64,000 nt of DNA from an uncultured Methanoregulaceae archaeon. Lineage in GTDB: Archaea > Halobacteriota > Methanomicrobia > Methanomicrobiales > Methanospirillaceae. Of the stretch, positions 42,808 to 53,102 are shown in pieces. The notes under the pieces are model-generated. The model had not been told where the DNA came from. It searched no databases and saw only the letters and a list, made by a program, of their open reading frames with translations. The position numbers were made by a program, and so were the translations under genes. Position 1 is the stretch's first letter. Every line of letters begins with the position of its first letter. The stretch is taken from the NCBI GenBank assembly GCA_963737635.1, contig CAVTTL010000001.1, positions 1,696,001 to 1,760,000 of the forward strand, read 5' to 3'.

Positions 42808-43360
42808 TCAAATCTGGTCGATCTGCGGCTGGAGCCGCTGCTCGAGCTGCTTATGGCAGGCATCGCAGAAGCCCTTCTTTTTCCCATTGAGTTCGTCCAG
42901 TGTATCCGGGCAGAACATGATGCACTCGTGGTCGGGGCAGTGGCTAAGTCCCAGAAGGTGGCCGACTTCGTGCGCTCCTTCTGTGACGATCCTGTCCACA
43001 AGGTCGTCATCGCACGCATCCAGTCCGTAATATTCATTTGAGAGCCGGGCTGTTGACACAACCGCGACTCCTGATTGTTCCCGGGCAAGGCCGAAAAGGG
43101 CGGAATGGCCGCGATTGAAAAGATCCTGGCTGACAACGAGGAGGATAGGATCGGATATATCGTGGTGGTGCTTGTACGTCGCCAGATAGTCAAGCTGCAC
43201 CTGAGCATCGATCTGTTTGCGCTCATTTACAAAACCCATGATGCGCACTGGGTTGTCGACAATCTCGGCATGAAGCCCGATGACTGCTGATATCATCCGG
43301 CTCGACCGGCAGCTGCAAGCCTTCTGGGGAAAGCTGATCCCAAAAAATATGGAGCCGCAT
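42808..43360 (-). CDS. Archaemetzincin-family Zn metalloprotease, indel(s) near 5' end
   Basis: HEVGHLLGLSHC...CIM...C..C motif, LFGLA, VVSTARL. Probable start MRLHIFWD at 43360 lies in another frame. Confidence 0.85.
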
Positions 43361-43376
43361 TGCTCAATTCTATTGG

Positions 43377-43802
43377 ATGGACGGCTATAAACATATTGAG
43401 CACTGTTGCGGCGTCTATATCGCATCGCACTATAAAAACCCGGTCGAGATCGGGGTGGGGAACAATCCCGATGCGTCGCGGTATATTCATGAGGCCGGAT
43501 ACCGTATACGGGCAACCGATATCCGCGCATGCCTGCTCCCTTCTTGGCTGTGCTTTGCCCGGGACGATATCTTCTCCCCAGATCTGTCATTTTATGAAGG
43601 AGCCGATGTCCTGTACGCTCTTCGCCCGGCAGAAGAGATGATCCCCCCGATGATCGCACTCGCCCGGATACTTGACTGCGACCTCGTGGTTTACCATCTC
43701 GGTTTCGAATCATATGGGGATGGGGGAAGTATCGTTGATTGCGGTATTCTTCTCCATTATTATTACCGGCATGGTCAGAAACCGTCAAAAAGGGTTGACT
43801 GA
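43377..43802 (+). CDS. UPF0146 family protein
   Basis: VEIGVG, ATDI, DDIFSP..FY.GADVLYALRP..EM. Confidence 0.85.
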   Translation: MDGYKHIEHCCGVYIASHYKNPVEIGVGNNPDASRYIHEAGYRIRATDIRACLLPSWLCFARDDIFSPDLSFYEGADVLYALRPAEEMIPPMIALARILDCDLVVYHLGFESYGDGGSIVDCGILLHYYYRHGQKPSKRVD

Positions 43803-45223
43803 TTATTGGCAACTGATCTCTTATCGGATGATTCCGGCGCCTGGGGGGGATCGGATGCCTGTTTTTCCGCTGGAGCGGCGGGCTGCTCACGTGGCGGCTT
43901 TGTATCCGTTGGCGGAGCTGGATCGCATTCCCCGACGGAAATTGCCGTCTTTGTCTTCCTGCTTTTTTTCTTCTGCTCCGGTTCTCTCTCACGTTCCGTC
44001 TTGGTGACCGCCTTTACGATCTCCTGTGCCCGGGCACGGTCGTTCAAAAAAAAGGTAAGCCCTTCAGCATCCAGCATCAATTCGAGGGTAAAGGTTTCAG
44101 GGTCGAGCTCAACAAGTAGGGTAATAATGTCCAGGTACTTCTCGCGCAGGGTGGTTTGTGGGATTTGCATGACGGCGGCAAGACGCGAGAGTACTGAGGC
44201 GCGTATTGCCTTCTGTTTTTTTGCTGTTGACATTTTCTGCCAGCGTTCCGGGGGCAGGATACGGGCATGGATACCTTTCCCTCCTGAGGCATCCGCCACG
44301 CCAAGAAGTATCATTGCAGTCCCGTACCGCCAAAGGACATGGTACTGGCGCCGGTAGGTATTGCCGATATACTCATCGGCGCGTGCAAGAGAGCTATAGG
44401 CCCTTCCCATTGCGTCCGGATCGGTAATAGTGTGCACACTACCTTCAACCCACTGCTCGATGTCTTCTGGAGTATCATCGACATCCCGCGATATTCTCAT
44501 AAGCTCCTCGTCCGTTGCCCTGCCGAAAACAGCCATCACCAATGAGAAGATCGAGACTCGTTCGTCTTTCTGGGAGGTGTGAACCTGCTCCCCGCCAAGC
44601 GATGTCCGGCCGATAGCCGAGGCATACAACATGTTTACCGCCGAACGCAGGTCTCCTCCGGCACTCTCGGCTATCTCGTGGACCGCTGCTTCAGAACAGG
44701 CAATCTTTTCGTTCGCGCAGATATATTTGAGACGGGGTGCAATTGAACGCGCAGGAATAGCCTTGAACTGGACTGTTTCACAGCGCAAACGAAGTTCCGG
44801 CGCAAGGCCATAGAGATCGTTTGCGATCAGGATCATGGGCTGCCGGGCGTTTTTTATGCATTCGATGATCGCCTTTGCCCCGCCTCGATCAGCGGTTCCC
44901 TGCAGGTTGTCTGCTTCGTCCATTACGATAAGTTTCCGTAACGAGCCGGTGAGACTTGCCGTAGTACTTCCTGCACCGGCAATGCGCTCTATTACGGCGG
45001 CCGTCCTCTGGTCGCTGGCGTTAAGCTCAATTATATCCCAGTTCATGTCCCGGGCGAGCGCGTAGACGCTTGACGTTTTGCCGATACCTGGCTTACCGTA
45101 CAGGAGAAGAGGTTTTGATCGGGAAGTCCAGGTGCGGGCCCAGTCGGCCATCTGACGGATTACACTTGTGTTACCGACGATATCCGTAAGGTGTTCCGGC
45201 CGGTACTGTTCTGCCCACTCCAT
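43775..45223 (-). CDS. rfcL: Replication factor C large subunit
   Basis: WAEQYRP, GKPGIGKTS, ELNASDQR, DEADN, GDLRSAVN, C-terminal PIP box QSTLFDGF. Confidence 0.95.
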   Translation of the reverse strand: MEWAEQYRPEHLTDIVGNTSVIRQMADWARTWTSRSKPLLLYGKPGIGKTSSVYALARDMNWDIIELNASDQRTAAVIERIAGAGSTTASLTGSLRKLIVMDEADNLQGTADRGGAKAIIECIKNARQPMILIANDLYGLAPELRLRCETVQFKAIPARSIAPRLKYICANEKIACSEAAVHEIAESAGGDLRSAVNMLYASAIGRTSLGGEQVHTSQKDERVSIFSLVMAVFGRATDEELMRISRDVDDTPEDIEQWVEGSVHTITDPDAMGRAYSSLARADEYIGNTYRRQYHVLWRYGTAMILLGVADASGGKGIHARILPPERWQKMSTAKKQKAIRASVLSRLAAVMQIPQTTLREKYLDIITLLVELDPETFTLELMLDAEGLTFFLNDRARAQEIVKAVTKTEREREPEQKKKSRKTKTAISVGECDPAPPTDTKPPREQPAAPAEKQASDPPQAPESSDKRSVANNQSTLFDGF

Positions 45224-45320
45224 ACCACAGGAGTCGACCCCGTATCAAATAAATTATCTCTGATGAGGCCACACATAGCGTACAGCAATTTATCAGAGTT
45301 GTTCATACCCGGGTGACATC

Positions 45321-46337
45321 GTGGTTTCTGACTGTTCCACAACAAAGATCGCGCACGTGGTCAGGGAGTATGAAGGCGTAAAACGGAAACATGCCATCGG
45401 TGAGATGGTCAAGGCTCTCCGGATAGATGCACCTCACGTCGTTGCCTCTTTTGGCGAAGACGCGGCAGTTATCGAGCATAAAGGTGAGGCACTCCTCCTT
45501 GCCGCTGATGGTATCTGGAGCCGGCTCATGGGAGCAGACCCGTACTGGGCCGGCTACTGCTCGGTCCTTGTCAATATCCATGATATTGCCGCGATGGGAG
45601 GAAAACCGATCGCGATGGTGGATGTCTTTTCTATGCCAAAGGACTCCCATATTCACGAACAGGTAGTACGGGGTATGCATGACGCGTCCGCGCAGTTCGG
45701 CGTACCGATTGTGGGGGGACATCTTCACCCGGATGCGCCGTATAGCGTGATCGATGTCGCGATCCTCGGGTCTGCCCGGCTTGATTCCATCATTTATTCA
45801 AATACCGCCCAAGACGGTGACCGAATCATTGCGGCAATCGATCTTGCTGGGCGTGTCCATCCCTCCTGTGCACTCAACTGGGATTCAGTGACCATGAAGT
45901 CGGCTGCTGAGGTGCGTGCACAGATTGCACTCCTGGAGGAAATAGGTAAGGCGCACCTCGTTACTGCAGGAAAGGATATCAGCAATCCCGGTATTATCGG
46001 AACGATTGGCATGCTTCTTGAGGTAAGCGGAAAAGGAGCGGAGCTCGATCTCGGCCGCGTACCAAAACCCGATCTTGCGGCAAACCAGATGACATTCGAG
46101 CAGTGGGTAAAGATGTATCCGGGTATGGGTTTTGTCCTTACTGCACGTGACGAACATGTGAACGAGCTTATCCGGCGCTTCGCTGCCGTCGGGATGACCG
46201 CCCAGACCATCGGTACAGTAGATACTACGCGCCAGCTCAGGATACGGTATGACGGGGAGGAGGCACAAGTCTTTGATTTTATCGAGAACGGGATCACCTG
46301 CCTCCCTCCCGGTGAGGCCCCATGCACACAGAAGTAA
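45321..46337 (+). CDS. Methanogenesis marker protein 2 (AIR synthase/PurM-like fold)
   Basis: YEGVKRK, GEDAAV, AGYCSVLVNIHDIAAMGGKP, GGHLHPD, KDISNPG. Confidence 0.9.
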   Translation: MVSDCSTTKIAHVVREYEGVKRKHAIGEMVKALRIDAPHVVASFGEDAAVIEHKGEALLLAADGIWSRLMGADPYWAGYCSVLVNIHDIAAMGGKPIAMVDVFSMPKDSHIHEQVVRGMHDASAQFGVPIVGGHLHPDAPYSVIDVAILGSARLDSIIYSNTAQDGDRIIAAIDLAGRVHPSCALNWDSVTMKSAAEVRAQIALLEEIGKAHLVTAGKDISNPGIIGTIGMLLEVSGKGAELDLGRVPKPDLAANQMTFEQWVKMYPGMGFVLTARDEHVNELIRRFAAVGMTAQTIGTVDTTRQLRIRYDGEEAQVFDFIENGITCLPPGEAPCTQK

Positions 46338-47086
46338 GGAAGATCGGGATCGGCATCGGTTCCGATGCAGAAAAGGTTATCAATAGTGCGTGCCGGGTCA
46401 GCATTCCGTACGATATTATCTGTTATATGCGCCCGGGTATGGCGAAGATTCCCGCCGGCCATATGAATGTCAGTGCTTTGGAAAGCGAAACCCCGGAAAC
46501 AGCGCTCGTTTCCGATCTTATGAGCGGCACAATCAGCGCGGCCGTCAGAGGAACGCTCCCGGCAAACGCCACTCTTCAGGCACTGAGAAATGCGGCCCGG
46601 GTCAGGTATCTGGAGCGGATCGCGCTCCTTGAAACTGCTGGCGAGAAGAAGTTCCTTTTAGCTCCTGTGGGAATAGACGAGGGATGGACCGTTGCTGAAA
46701 AGCTTTCGCTGATCCAAAAAGGCCGGTCGATTGCCCGCCGGTTCGGCCTTCCCGACAAAGTGGGAATTCTTTCTGGCGGCCGACTGGGGGATGTGGGTCG
46801 TCACGCCCGGGTTGACCGGAGCATGGCTGACGCCGAGCTGGTTGCACGGCTTGGGGATGCCGTTCACTGCGAGATTCTTATCGAGGATGCAGTCGAATCC
46901 TGTGGCCTGATTATCGCACCGGACGGGATCTCCGGCAATCTGATCTTTCGCACGCTTACCTTTCTTGGAGCCGGCTTTGCCCATGGCGCGCCGGTCGTAA
47001 ATATCGATAAAATTTTCGTGGATACCTCGCGCGCGTCACCAGATTACACGAATGCGCTATTACTCGCAGCATCATTGTTGGAATAA
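46322..47086 (+). CDS. mtxX: Methanogenesis marker MtxX/Mmp4
   Basis: [45 protein letters not shown]. Confidence 0.88.
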   Translation: MHTEVRKIGIGIGSDAEKVINSACRVSIPYDIICYMRPGMAKIPAGHMNVSALESETPETALVSDLMSGTISAAVRGTLPANATLQALRNAARVRYLERIALLETAGEKKFLLAPVGIDEGWTVAEKLSLIQKGRSIARRFGLPDKVGILSGGRLGDVGRHARVDRSMADAELVARLGDAVHCEILIEDAVESCGLIIAPDGISGNLIFRTLTFLGAGFAHGAPVVNIDKIFVDTSRASPDYTNALLLAASLLE

Positions 47087-47282
47087 TTTTTAATCGCGTA
47101 CAGTGCCTTTTTTTGAAAAATAAACGGTTAAATGCTAATAAAAAATATTCTGCGACATTTTGGGGCGCGTTTTGCCTGAAAGGTTCTGCATGCCTTCCAA
47201 TATCGTTTTTCTAACCAAAATGGGGGATTTTCCCAGAAAGTTTTTATATATACCAATATACTTTCTTTTTGAGGTAAGACAA

Positions 47283-47489
47283 ATGGCAGATTTACCAATT
47301 GCTGCAGTTGTACGCATTGCAAAGAAGAATGGAGCCGAAAGAGTTGGCAGCGATGCCGCCGAGGCACTCGTTGTGAAGGCCGAGAAATACATCGCCCAGC
47401 TCACCAAGGAAGCAAACAAGCTCGCAGAACACGCGGGAAGAAAGACGATCAAGAAGGAAGACGTTGATCTAGCATCAAAGTCCAACTGA
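47283..47489 (+). CDS. Archaeal histone (HMf family)
   Basis: MADLPIAAVVRIAKKNGAERVG...HAGRKTIKKEDV; GAGGT RBS, TTTTTATATA promoter upstream, poly-T downstream. Confidence 0.95.
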   Translation: MADLPIAAVVRIAKKNGAERVGSDAAEALVVKAEKYIAQLTKEANKLAEHAGRKTIKKEDVDLASKSN

Positions 47490-47671
47490 TCAACTCTTTT
47501 TTCTTAAGCATTTGAAATCCTTTAGGGCTGTTTTCGATTCGATTTAATGCCAGCATAGCTATCGCATTACCAGGAAAAAATCGTTGGCTTAACCTCACAA
47601 TATATTGCTTTCCTACCTCATTGGCAAGTCTTTTACCCGTCCGGATCAATCTCCTTTGAAGAATACCTGTT

Positions 47672-48229
47672 ATGCGCCAGATCTGCCCCCATTGCGGTAA
47701 AGTATCAGACGAAGCAACCCCGCGATTCTGCAGCGGTTGCGGTGCCCGGATGGATGGAAAGATGCTAGTTGGCTATCCCGGCTATTCGGCACCACCGAGG
47801 GAGCAAAAAAGCCAGCTGATCGCCGGGACCTGTTCCACGTTTCTTCCCGGTCTCGGCCAGGTGTATAACGGGGAAGCCGCAAAAGGGTTTGCCCTTTTTA
47901 TCATGACCGTTGTGGGTCTGATCATCCTTGTGGTTCCGGGTATTATTGTCTGGTTTTACGCATTATACAATGCATATTCCACGGCAGGAAAGATGAATAC
48001 CGGAGAGATCCCGTTTCGCGAGACCCGGATGCTTCACATGATCCTGTTTATCGTGTTTGCGATTGCGGTTGTAGCGATCGCGTTCATCATTATCTATGTG
48101 ATGGTTATCAGTCCCCTTATGTCACAGTTCGGGTCGCTTGATATGGGTAATATAGGTAATTTAGGAAATATAGGCAATACGGGTAATAGCGACGATATCA
48201 ACCGGCTGATTAACAACGCTGGTATCTGA
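47672..48229 (+). CDS. Zinc-ribbon / TM2-like membrane protein
   Basis: CPHCG...FCSGCG, PGLGQVYNG..KG, TM segments. Confidence 0.8.
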   Translation: MRQICPHCGKVSDEATPRFCSGCGARMDGKMLVGYPGYSAPPREQKSQLIAGTCSTFLPGLGQVYNGEAAKGFALFIMTVVGLIILVVPGIIVWFYALYNAYSTAGKMNTGEIPFRETRMLHMILFIVFAIAVVAIAFIIIYVMVISPLMSQFGSLDMGNIGNLGNIGNTGNSDDINRLINNAGI

Positions 48230-48266
48230 TCCTGCATCAGAGACTGCTAAAAAAGGGGTATGGCAG

Positions 48267-48557
48267 TTACTGGATTTCCCGTGCACTGACAAACGACCTG
48301 CTGCCCTCCTCTTTATGGGCATGCTCCTCGAGCAGGCGTTTTACTTCATCATTCACTTTTTCCTTGTCTTTTGGCCCGGTAAAGAGGACTCTTGTGCCAT
48401 CAATATCATCCTTGAGATACACTGCCTCATCATAGATGATGACCATGATCTGGTTGTCCGGACCGAAAAAGTGCTCCTCGTATTCACCTTTCATATACCG
48501 TTCACGCTGTTCCCGCGTCGGTGCTGCATACTTGGTCTCAAACCTGAAAACGCCCAT
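48267..48557 (-). CDS. Hypothetical protein
   Basis: 96-aa ORF with AGGA RBS and protein-like composition, filling an intergenic gap. Confidence 0.6.
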   Translation of the reverse strand: MGVFRFETKYAAPTREQRERYMKGEYEEHFFGPDNQIMVIIYDEAVYLKDDIDGTRVLFTGPKDKEKVNDEVKRLLEEHAHKEEGSRSFVSAREIQ

Positions 48558-48627
48558 AATGGTTATCCTACTGTATTTTCCTAAAAAAATGGTTTTTCCT
48601 GAAGTTCGGCTATTGACGATGAATAAT

Positions 48628-49209
48628 TCAGAATGTCCCCTTTGTGCTGGGGATCCCTTTTGTCTTTTCGTTCTGTGCTATTGCTTTACCAAGGGCAATC
48701 CCGAATGCCTTGAACACCGCTTCGCACTGGTGGTGATCGTTCCGGCCGGTAAAGCTGATATTGGCGGTAATGCCAGCATGGATGCAGAGTGTGTAGAAAA
48801 AATGCTCGAAGAGATCGGGAGGGATGTTCCCCAGTGTCCTGCTGCCGAAGGTGCCGGAATAGACCAGGTACCCTCGTCCTCCGCAATCAAGCGCTACCTG
48901 GGCAAGGGACTCGTCCATCGGGATGATCGCGTGGGCGAACCGCCGAATACCGCGGCCATCACCTATCGCTTGTTTCACTGCATCCCCGATTACAATACCC
49001 GTATCCTCAATTGTGTGATGGCAGTCAACACCAAGATCCCCGGTGGTTGTGCAGGTAAAGTCAAATCCTCCGTGCTTTGCCATACCGGTCAGCATATGAT
49101 CGAAAAAAGGAATCCCGGTCTCTACCGAAACGTTCCCGGTCCCGTCCGGGTTGAACGTGAGCGCAATCTTTGTCTCTTTTGTTTCCCGTGCAAGTGTTAC
49201 CTTCCTCAT
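48628..49209 (-). CDS. hisB: Imidazoleglycerol-phosphate dehydratase
   Basis: [45 protein letters not shown]. Confidence 0.96.
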   Translation of the reverse strand: MRKVTLARETKETKIALTFNPDGTGNVSVETGIPFFDHMLTGMAKHGGFDFTCTTTGDLGVDCHHTIEDTGIVIGDAVKQAIGDGRGIRRFAHAIIPMDESLAQVALDCGGRGYLVYSGTFGSRTLGNIPPDLFEHFFYTLCIHAGITANISFTGRNDHHQCEAVFKAFGIALGKAIAQNEKTKGIPSTKGTF

Positions 49210-49916
49210 CGAGATTCCTCTAGTGCCTCTGAAAGGTTAATCTTTCCGCTGTAGAGCGCGGATCCGAGCACCGCACCGTACGCCCCGGCGTCCCGCAGGA
49301 GAGCGACGTCCGCACGCCCGGACACCCCGCCTGCTACGACCACCGGTACCTGTACCCTGGCAATAAGATCCCTCACCGGCCCGATCGCAACTCCCTGCTG
49401 GAGCCCCTCGACGTCCACGTTTGTGTAGAGCAGGGAACCGGCACCAAGCCGTTCGAAGGTTTCAGCCCAGGAAAGATAATCCCCGGCAGTCTCCTGCCAG
49501 CCGCAAATCGCAACATTACCTCCCCGTGCATCCACGCCGGCCATTACCCGGTCGCTTCCGAATTCTGCAGCGAGCTGGCTGATACTTTCCGGGTTCTGGA
49601 TCGCAAATGTTGACAGGATAATCCGCGAGACGCCTGTTCCGAGCCATCGCCTTGCATCGTCAACAGAACGGATCCCGCCACCAAGTTCGATCTCAATGCC
49701 GGTATCCTTTACCAGCGCCCGGATTAAGTCCGCGTTCTGTGCAGAATCCCCGAAAGCGCCGTCAAGGTTGATTACATGCAGTGCATCGGCACCGGCTTCA
49801 ATCCACCGGTTGGCGCAGGTGAGTGGATCGCCGTAGGTTGTTGCACTCTCCCGTTTTCCCTGCACGAGCTGGACACATCTGCCCCCGAGTATATCTACGG
49901 CGGGAAAGATTCTCAT
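49206..49916 (-). CDS. hisA: ProFAR isomerase
   Basis: [42 protein letters not shown]. Confidence 0.95.
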   Translation of the reverse strand: MRIFPAVDILGGRCVQLVQGKRESATTYGDPLTCANRWIEAGADALHVINLDGAFGDSAQNADLIRALVKDTGIEIELGGGIRSVDDARRWLGTGVSRIILSTFAIQNPESISQLAAEFGSDRVMAGVDARGGNVAICGWQETAGDYLSWAETFERLGAGSLLYTNVDVEGLQQGVAIGPVRDLIARVQVPVVVAGGVSGRADVALLRDAGAYGAVLGSALYSGKINLSEALEESR

Positions 49917-49922
49917 ACCAGA

Positions 49923-50861
49923 TCAGCGGATCATCCGCTCTATGGACATAACCAGGATGTCACGTGCGCCCGCTCGTTTCAATGCATTGATCAATGCGTA
50001 AACCCGTTCCTCGTTTACCACCGCATGGACTGCGACCATATCCTCGGTCGACGCGACGTCCATCACCGTAGGGCCGGAGAGCCCGGGAAGCACGCTTTTC
50101 ACTTTCTCCAGGGATGCCCGCTTTACATTCATCATCAGGTAGCACTGCCCGCGTGCACGTATGACGCTTTCGAGAGCAAGATGGATCTCATCGATTTTTT
50201 CCCGTTTTGTAGCAAGCGATGAGCGATTTGCGATAAGAAGGGTGGATGTTGTCAGCACCTCGTCAAGAACACGAAGTCTGTTTGTCTTCAGGGTATTACC
50301 CGAACTTGAAAGGTCAACGATTGCATCTGCTATGCCGAGGTGTGGCGTTGCTTCGCAGGCCCCGCCTACAAGGACGATCGTAACCGGCACCTTCCGTTCT
50401 GCAAAATAGTGTTTGGTGATCACCGGGAATTCGGTTGCGATCTTCGCTCCTTTAAGGTCGCGTACTGATGAGATATGTGCATCTTCACTGACGGCAAGCA
50501 CGAGTTTTGCCTTCCCGATCTGGAGATCGAGAAGTTCCTCGACATCTGCTTCGCGCTCGATAACCATATCATGGCCGGTAATCCCAAGATCAGCTGCCCC
50601 GGTTGCCACATATTCTGGGATATCGATGGGCCGGGCAAACAGGATCTCTACGTGGGGATCGAGCGTACGGGCGATCAGCCGGCGTTCCGCTCCATCTGTT
50701 AGGTGGAGCCCGCTCTTCTCCATCAGATCCATGACGGGCGCCGCGATCCTTCCCTTATTGGGGATCGCGAGCCTGATAGAAAACGAGGGGAGCCCGGTCC
50801 GTTCCAGGCTGGATCCTTTTCTTTCTTTGCTCTTCTTATCAGAAGGTCTTGAGTTCGCCAC
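49923..50861 (-). CDS. hisG: ATP phosphoribosyltransferase (long form)
   Basis: LAIPNKGR, DIPEYV, DLGITG, GACE, IVDLSSSG.TL..N.L, C-terminal regulatory domain; start uncertain. Confidence 0.95.
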   Translation of the reverse strand: MANSRPSDKKSKERKGSSLERTGLPSFSIRLAIPNKGRIAAPVMDLMEKSGLHLTDGAERRLIARTLDPHVEILFARPIDIPEYVATGAADLGITGHDMVIEREADVEELLDLQIGKAKLVLAVSEDAHISSVRDLKGAKIATEFPVITKHYFAERKVPVTIVLVGGACEATPHLGIADAIVDLSSSGNTLKTNRLRVLDEVLTTSTLLIANRSSLATKREKIDEIHLALESVIRARGQCYLMMNVKRASLEKVKSVLPGLSGPTVMDVASTEDMVAVHAVVNEERVYALINALKRAGARDILVMSIERMIR

Positions 50862-52041
50862 GGATTACCTTCTCCGTGATGCTGGTCACGTTCGCGAGGT
50901 TGTCGTCAACGATTGCCAGGATCTCCTTGTTAATCTCCGGCAGGGTGACTCCTTTCCTTGGCAGCACCTGAACACTTGCCACCAGGGGCTGGTCGATTGG
51001 TTTTCCGATCTGGGAGAGCAGGCGGACGTACATTTCCTCGATCCCATCGACCTTTTTAATCGATTCCTGGGCGATCTGGGTAGAAAGGAGGTTATAAATC
51101 TTGCCGATATGGTTAATGGGGTTCTTCCCGCTGGTTGCTTCCATGCTCATGGGACGGTTGGGGGTAATAAGGCCGTTGCAGCGGTTGCCTCTCCCGACTG
51201 ATCCATCGTCGCCCATCTCTGCCGATGTACCGGTGACGGTCAGGAAAACACTCTTGTTTTTGATATCGTCCGCGGTGTTGACATTCACGACGACTTTGCG
51301 TTTCGTGCTCTTTTTTGCTACCTTCCCTATCTCCTCGGTCAGGAGGGTCATGTATTCCTGGTATTCCTTTATATCCGCACAGTACTTGTCGACAATTGCG
51401 CAGGCAATAGTAAGGGTGATCGTGTTCCCGTCCCGAAGCCCCATGATCTTGATATCCTGGCCAATAGCCGGATACTTTTTGCGGAGTTTTGTGTCGATAT
51501 AGTCGGATGCATTCCTGATGATGGTCTCTACATCGGAGAATGGGGCATGCCCGACCCCAAACGAGGTATCATTGGAACGCGGGACTTTGCCCTGCCGGGG
51601 CTTGAAGACATCCCGGAGATCGGTCGAACCAGTCCCGAGACGGCTGTCAATGATCACGTCCCGGGTCAGGTTGAGCTCGGGAAGGATCTTGTGGAGGTAG
51701 TCGTGTGCAGCCTCTACAGCGACCGCATCGGTCGCGATAGTGACATCATTAAACTGCTTGGTTGCCCGGCCGTCAATTAACACGTAGATCGGGCGAATCA
51801 TCTTACCCCCGCCGAATTTCGGGCATGACTCCCCTGCAACGACCTCACCCTGGTCGGTGTTGTGATGCAGGACTGCTCCGAACTCTTCAAGATACACCCT
51901 GCAGAGTGCCTGGGAGATCGACTCTGCAATTCCGTCGGCAATGCTGTCGGGGTGACCGAGGCATTTGCGCTCAACGAGTTCAATTCGCTGCCTTTCGAGA
52001 GGGATCTGATTCAATGCTTCAATCTGGATATTTCTTTTCAT
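50839..52041 (-). CDS. mat: Archaeal-type methionine adenosyltransferase
   Basis: ELVERKCLGHPDS, LHHNTD, SNDTSFG, GDDGSVGRGNR, GKNPINHIGKIYN. Start at MKRNI. Confidence 0.96.
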   Translation of the reverse strand: MKRNIQIEALNQIPLERQRIELVERKCLGHPDSIADGIAESISQALCRVYLEEFGAVLHHNTDQGEVVAGESCPKFGGGKMIRPIYVLIDGRATKQFNDVTIATDAVAVEAAHDYLHKILPELNLTRDVIIDSRLGTGSTDLRDVFKPRQGKVPRSNDTSFGVGHAPFSDVETIIRNASDYIDTKLRKKYPAIGQDIKIMGLRDGNTITLTIACAIVDKYCADIKEYQEYMTLLTEEIGKVAKKSTKRKVVVNVNTADDIKNKSVFLTVTGTSAEMGDDGSVGRGNRCNGLITPNRPMSMEATSGKNPINHIGKIYNLLSTQIAQESIKKVDGIEEMYVRLLSQIGKPIDQPLVASVQVLPRKGVTLPEINKEILAIVDDNLANVTSITEKVIRGELKTF

Positions 52042-52789
52042 TAAACTTCCTCGGTTTCTCCGTAATCGTACTAATACAAGAGACTGGATTTCATATAACC
52101 GTTTCTTCTGAGGGTTCTGGTGCATCTCGAGACTCTTTAAATACCGACCTAGTGTTTACTTCGACGGAGCTATTTTCTTTGAGTCACGATAACGCACCAG
52201 CATCCCTTCTTCTATAAATCACGATAACGGATCAGTATCAAGGATATTTCACCGGATCATTATCCCTTCAAGTCATGAGAAAAACAGTTTTAGAGATTCA
52301 GGAATTTCGCCCCCGGAAGACTGATACCAAAGGAGGGGTACTCCACGATGATCAGGATATCAGGGTAGTCCCCGATTAGGGGGAAAACAGGATGAAGAGG
52401 GCCCGGAGAGGGCATCGGGGTTTTTCACACTCTTTAACCGGCACCCCGGTTTTTCCTAGTATCTCAATCCTGTTCAAGCATTGTCGTCGTACCACATCCT
52501 CGGGCATAACCCGCTTGTTTTCGAGCGTTTGTTACCGGGTCTGGCGTTCTTGAATTTCTCACCCGAGTTTTTTCGTCAGCGATTTTTCATGCACATTCCT
52601 CCCTTCGTCAACCGACAAATACCATCATTTTCGCTGGAACTATTAAGGCCGGGCATGGCATTGGGAATGGTCACAGAGGCGTTGACCGGAAACAGTCCGT
52701 TCTTGATCGTTTTCCCTCGGAACCGGTTTATCCGGGTATGCTTGTGGAAGTTTGGCACTGCATTCGTTATCGCAGGAAAGTAACTTTTC

Positions 52790-53053
52790 CGATCGTTGGC
52801 CCCAATTTTCCGCGCAATCGCCGAAGTTGCACCTGCCCCTATACCCATGCCCACGCCAAGGAGGATCATAAACATGGGACTTATGAATCCAACTGCTGCA
52901 AGAGCATCGGAGCCAAGTCCCGCGACCCAGATCGTGTTTACCACGTTGTAACTGGACATCAGGAGCGTAGCGATGATCAGCGGTCCTGACTGGTTTCGGA
53001 TTGCCGGCTATGATCGCGACTCCATCGGTTGTGTCCGTACGGCATCCGGTCAT
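52790..53053 (-). pseudogene. 5' fragment of a MATE efflux transporter
   Basis: TDGVAIIAGNPK / SGPLIIATLLMSSYNVVNTIWVAGLGSDALAAVGF...GATSAIARKIGA in two frames; similarity ends after about 85 codons. Confidence 0.75.
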
Positions 53054-53102
53054 GGCATCTTTTTTCAGCCGGTTGAAAAAAGGGAATGCGCATATACGCC
53101 CC

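Noticed and set aside
42808-43992. 394-aa N-terminally extended metalloprotease ORF
   Set aside because: The extension overlaps UPF0146 and rfcL and is low-complexity; the real start is probably at 43360 with an indel.
47160-47282. N-terminal tail on the archaeal histone
   Set aside because: The extension runs through the TATA box and RBS; the true start is ATG 47283.
48130-48195. GNIGNLGNIGNTGN 9-bp tandem repeat
   Set aside because: A short low-complexity coding repeat in a membrane-protein tail, with no sign of a separate element.
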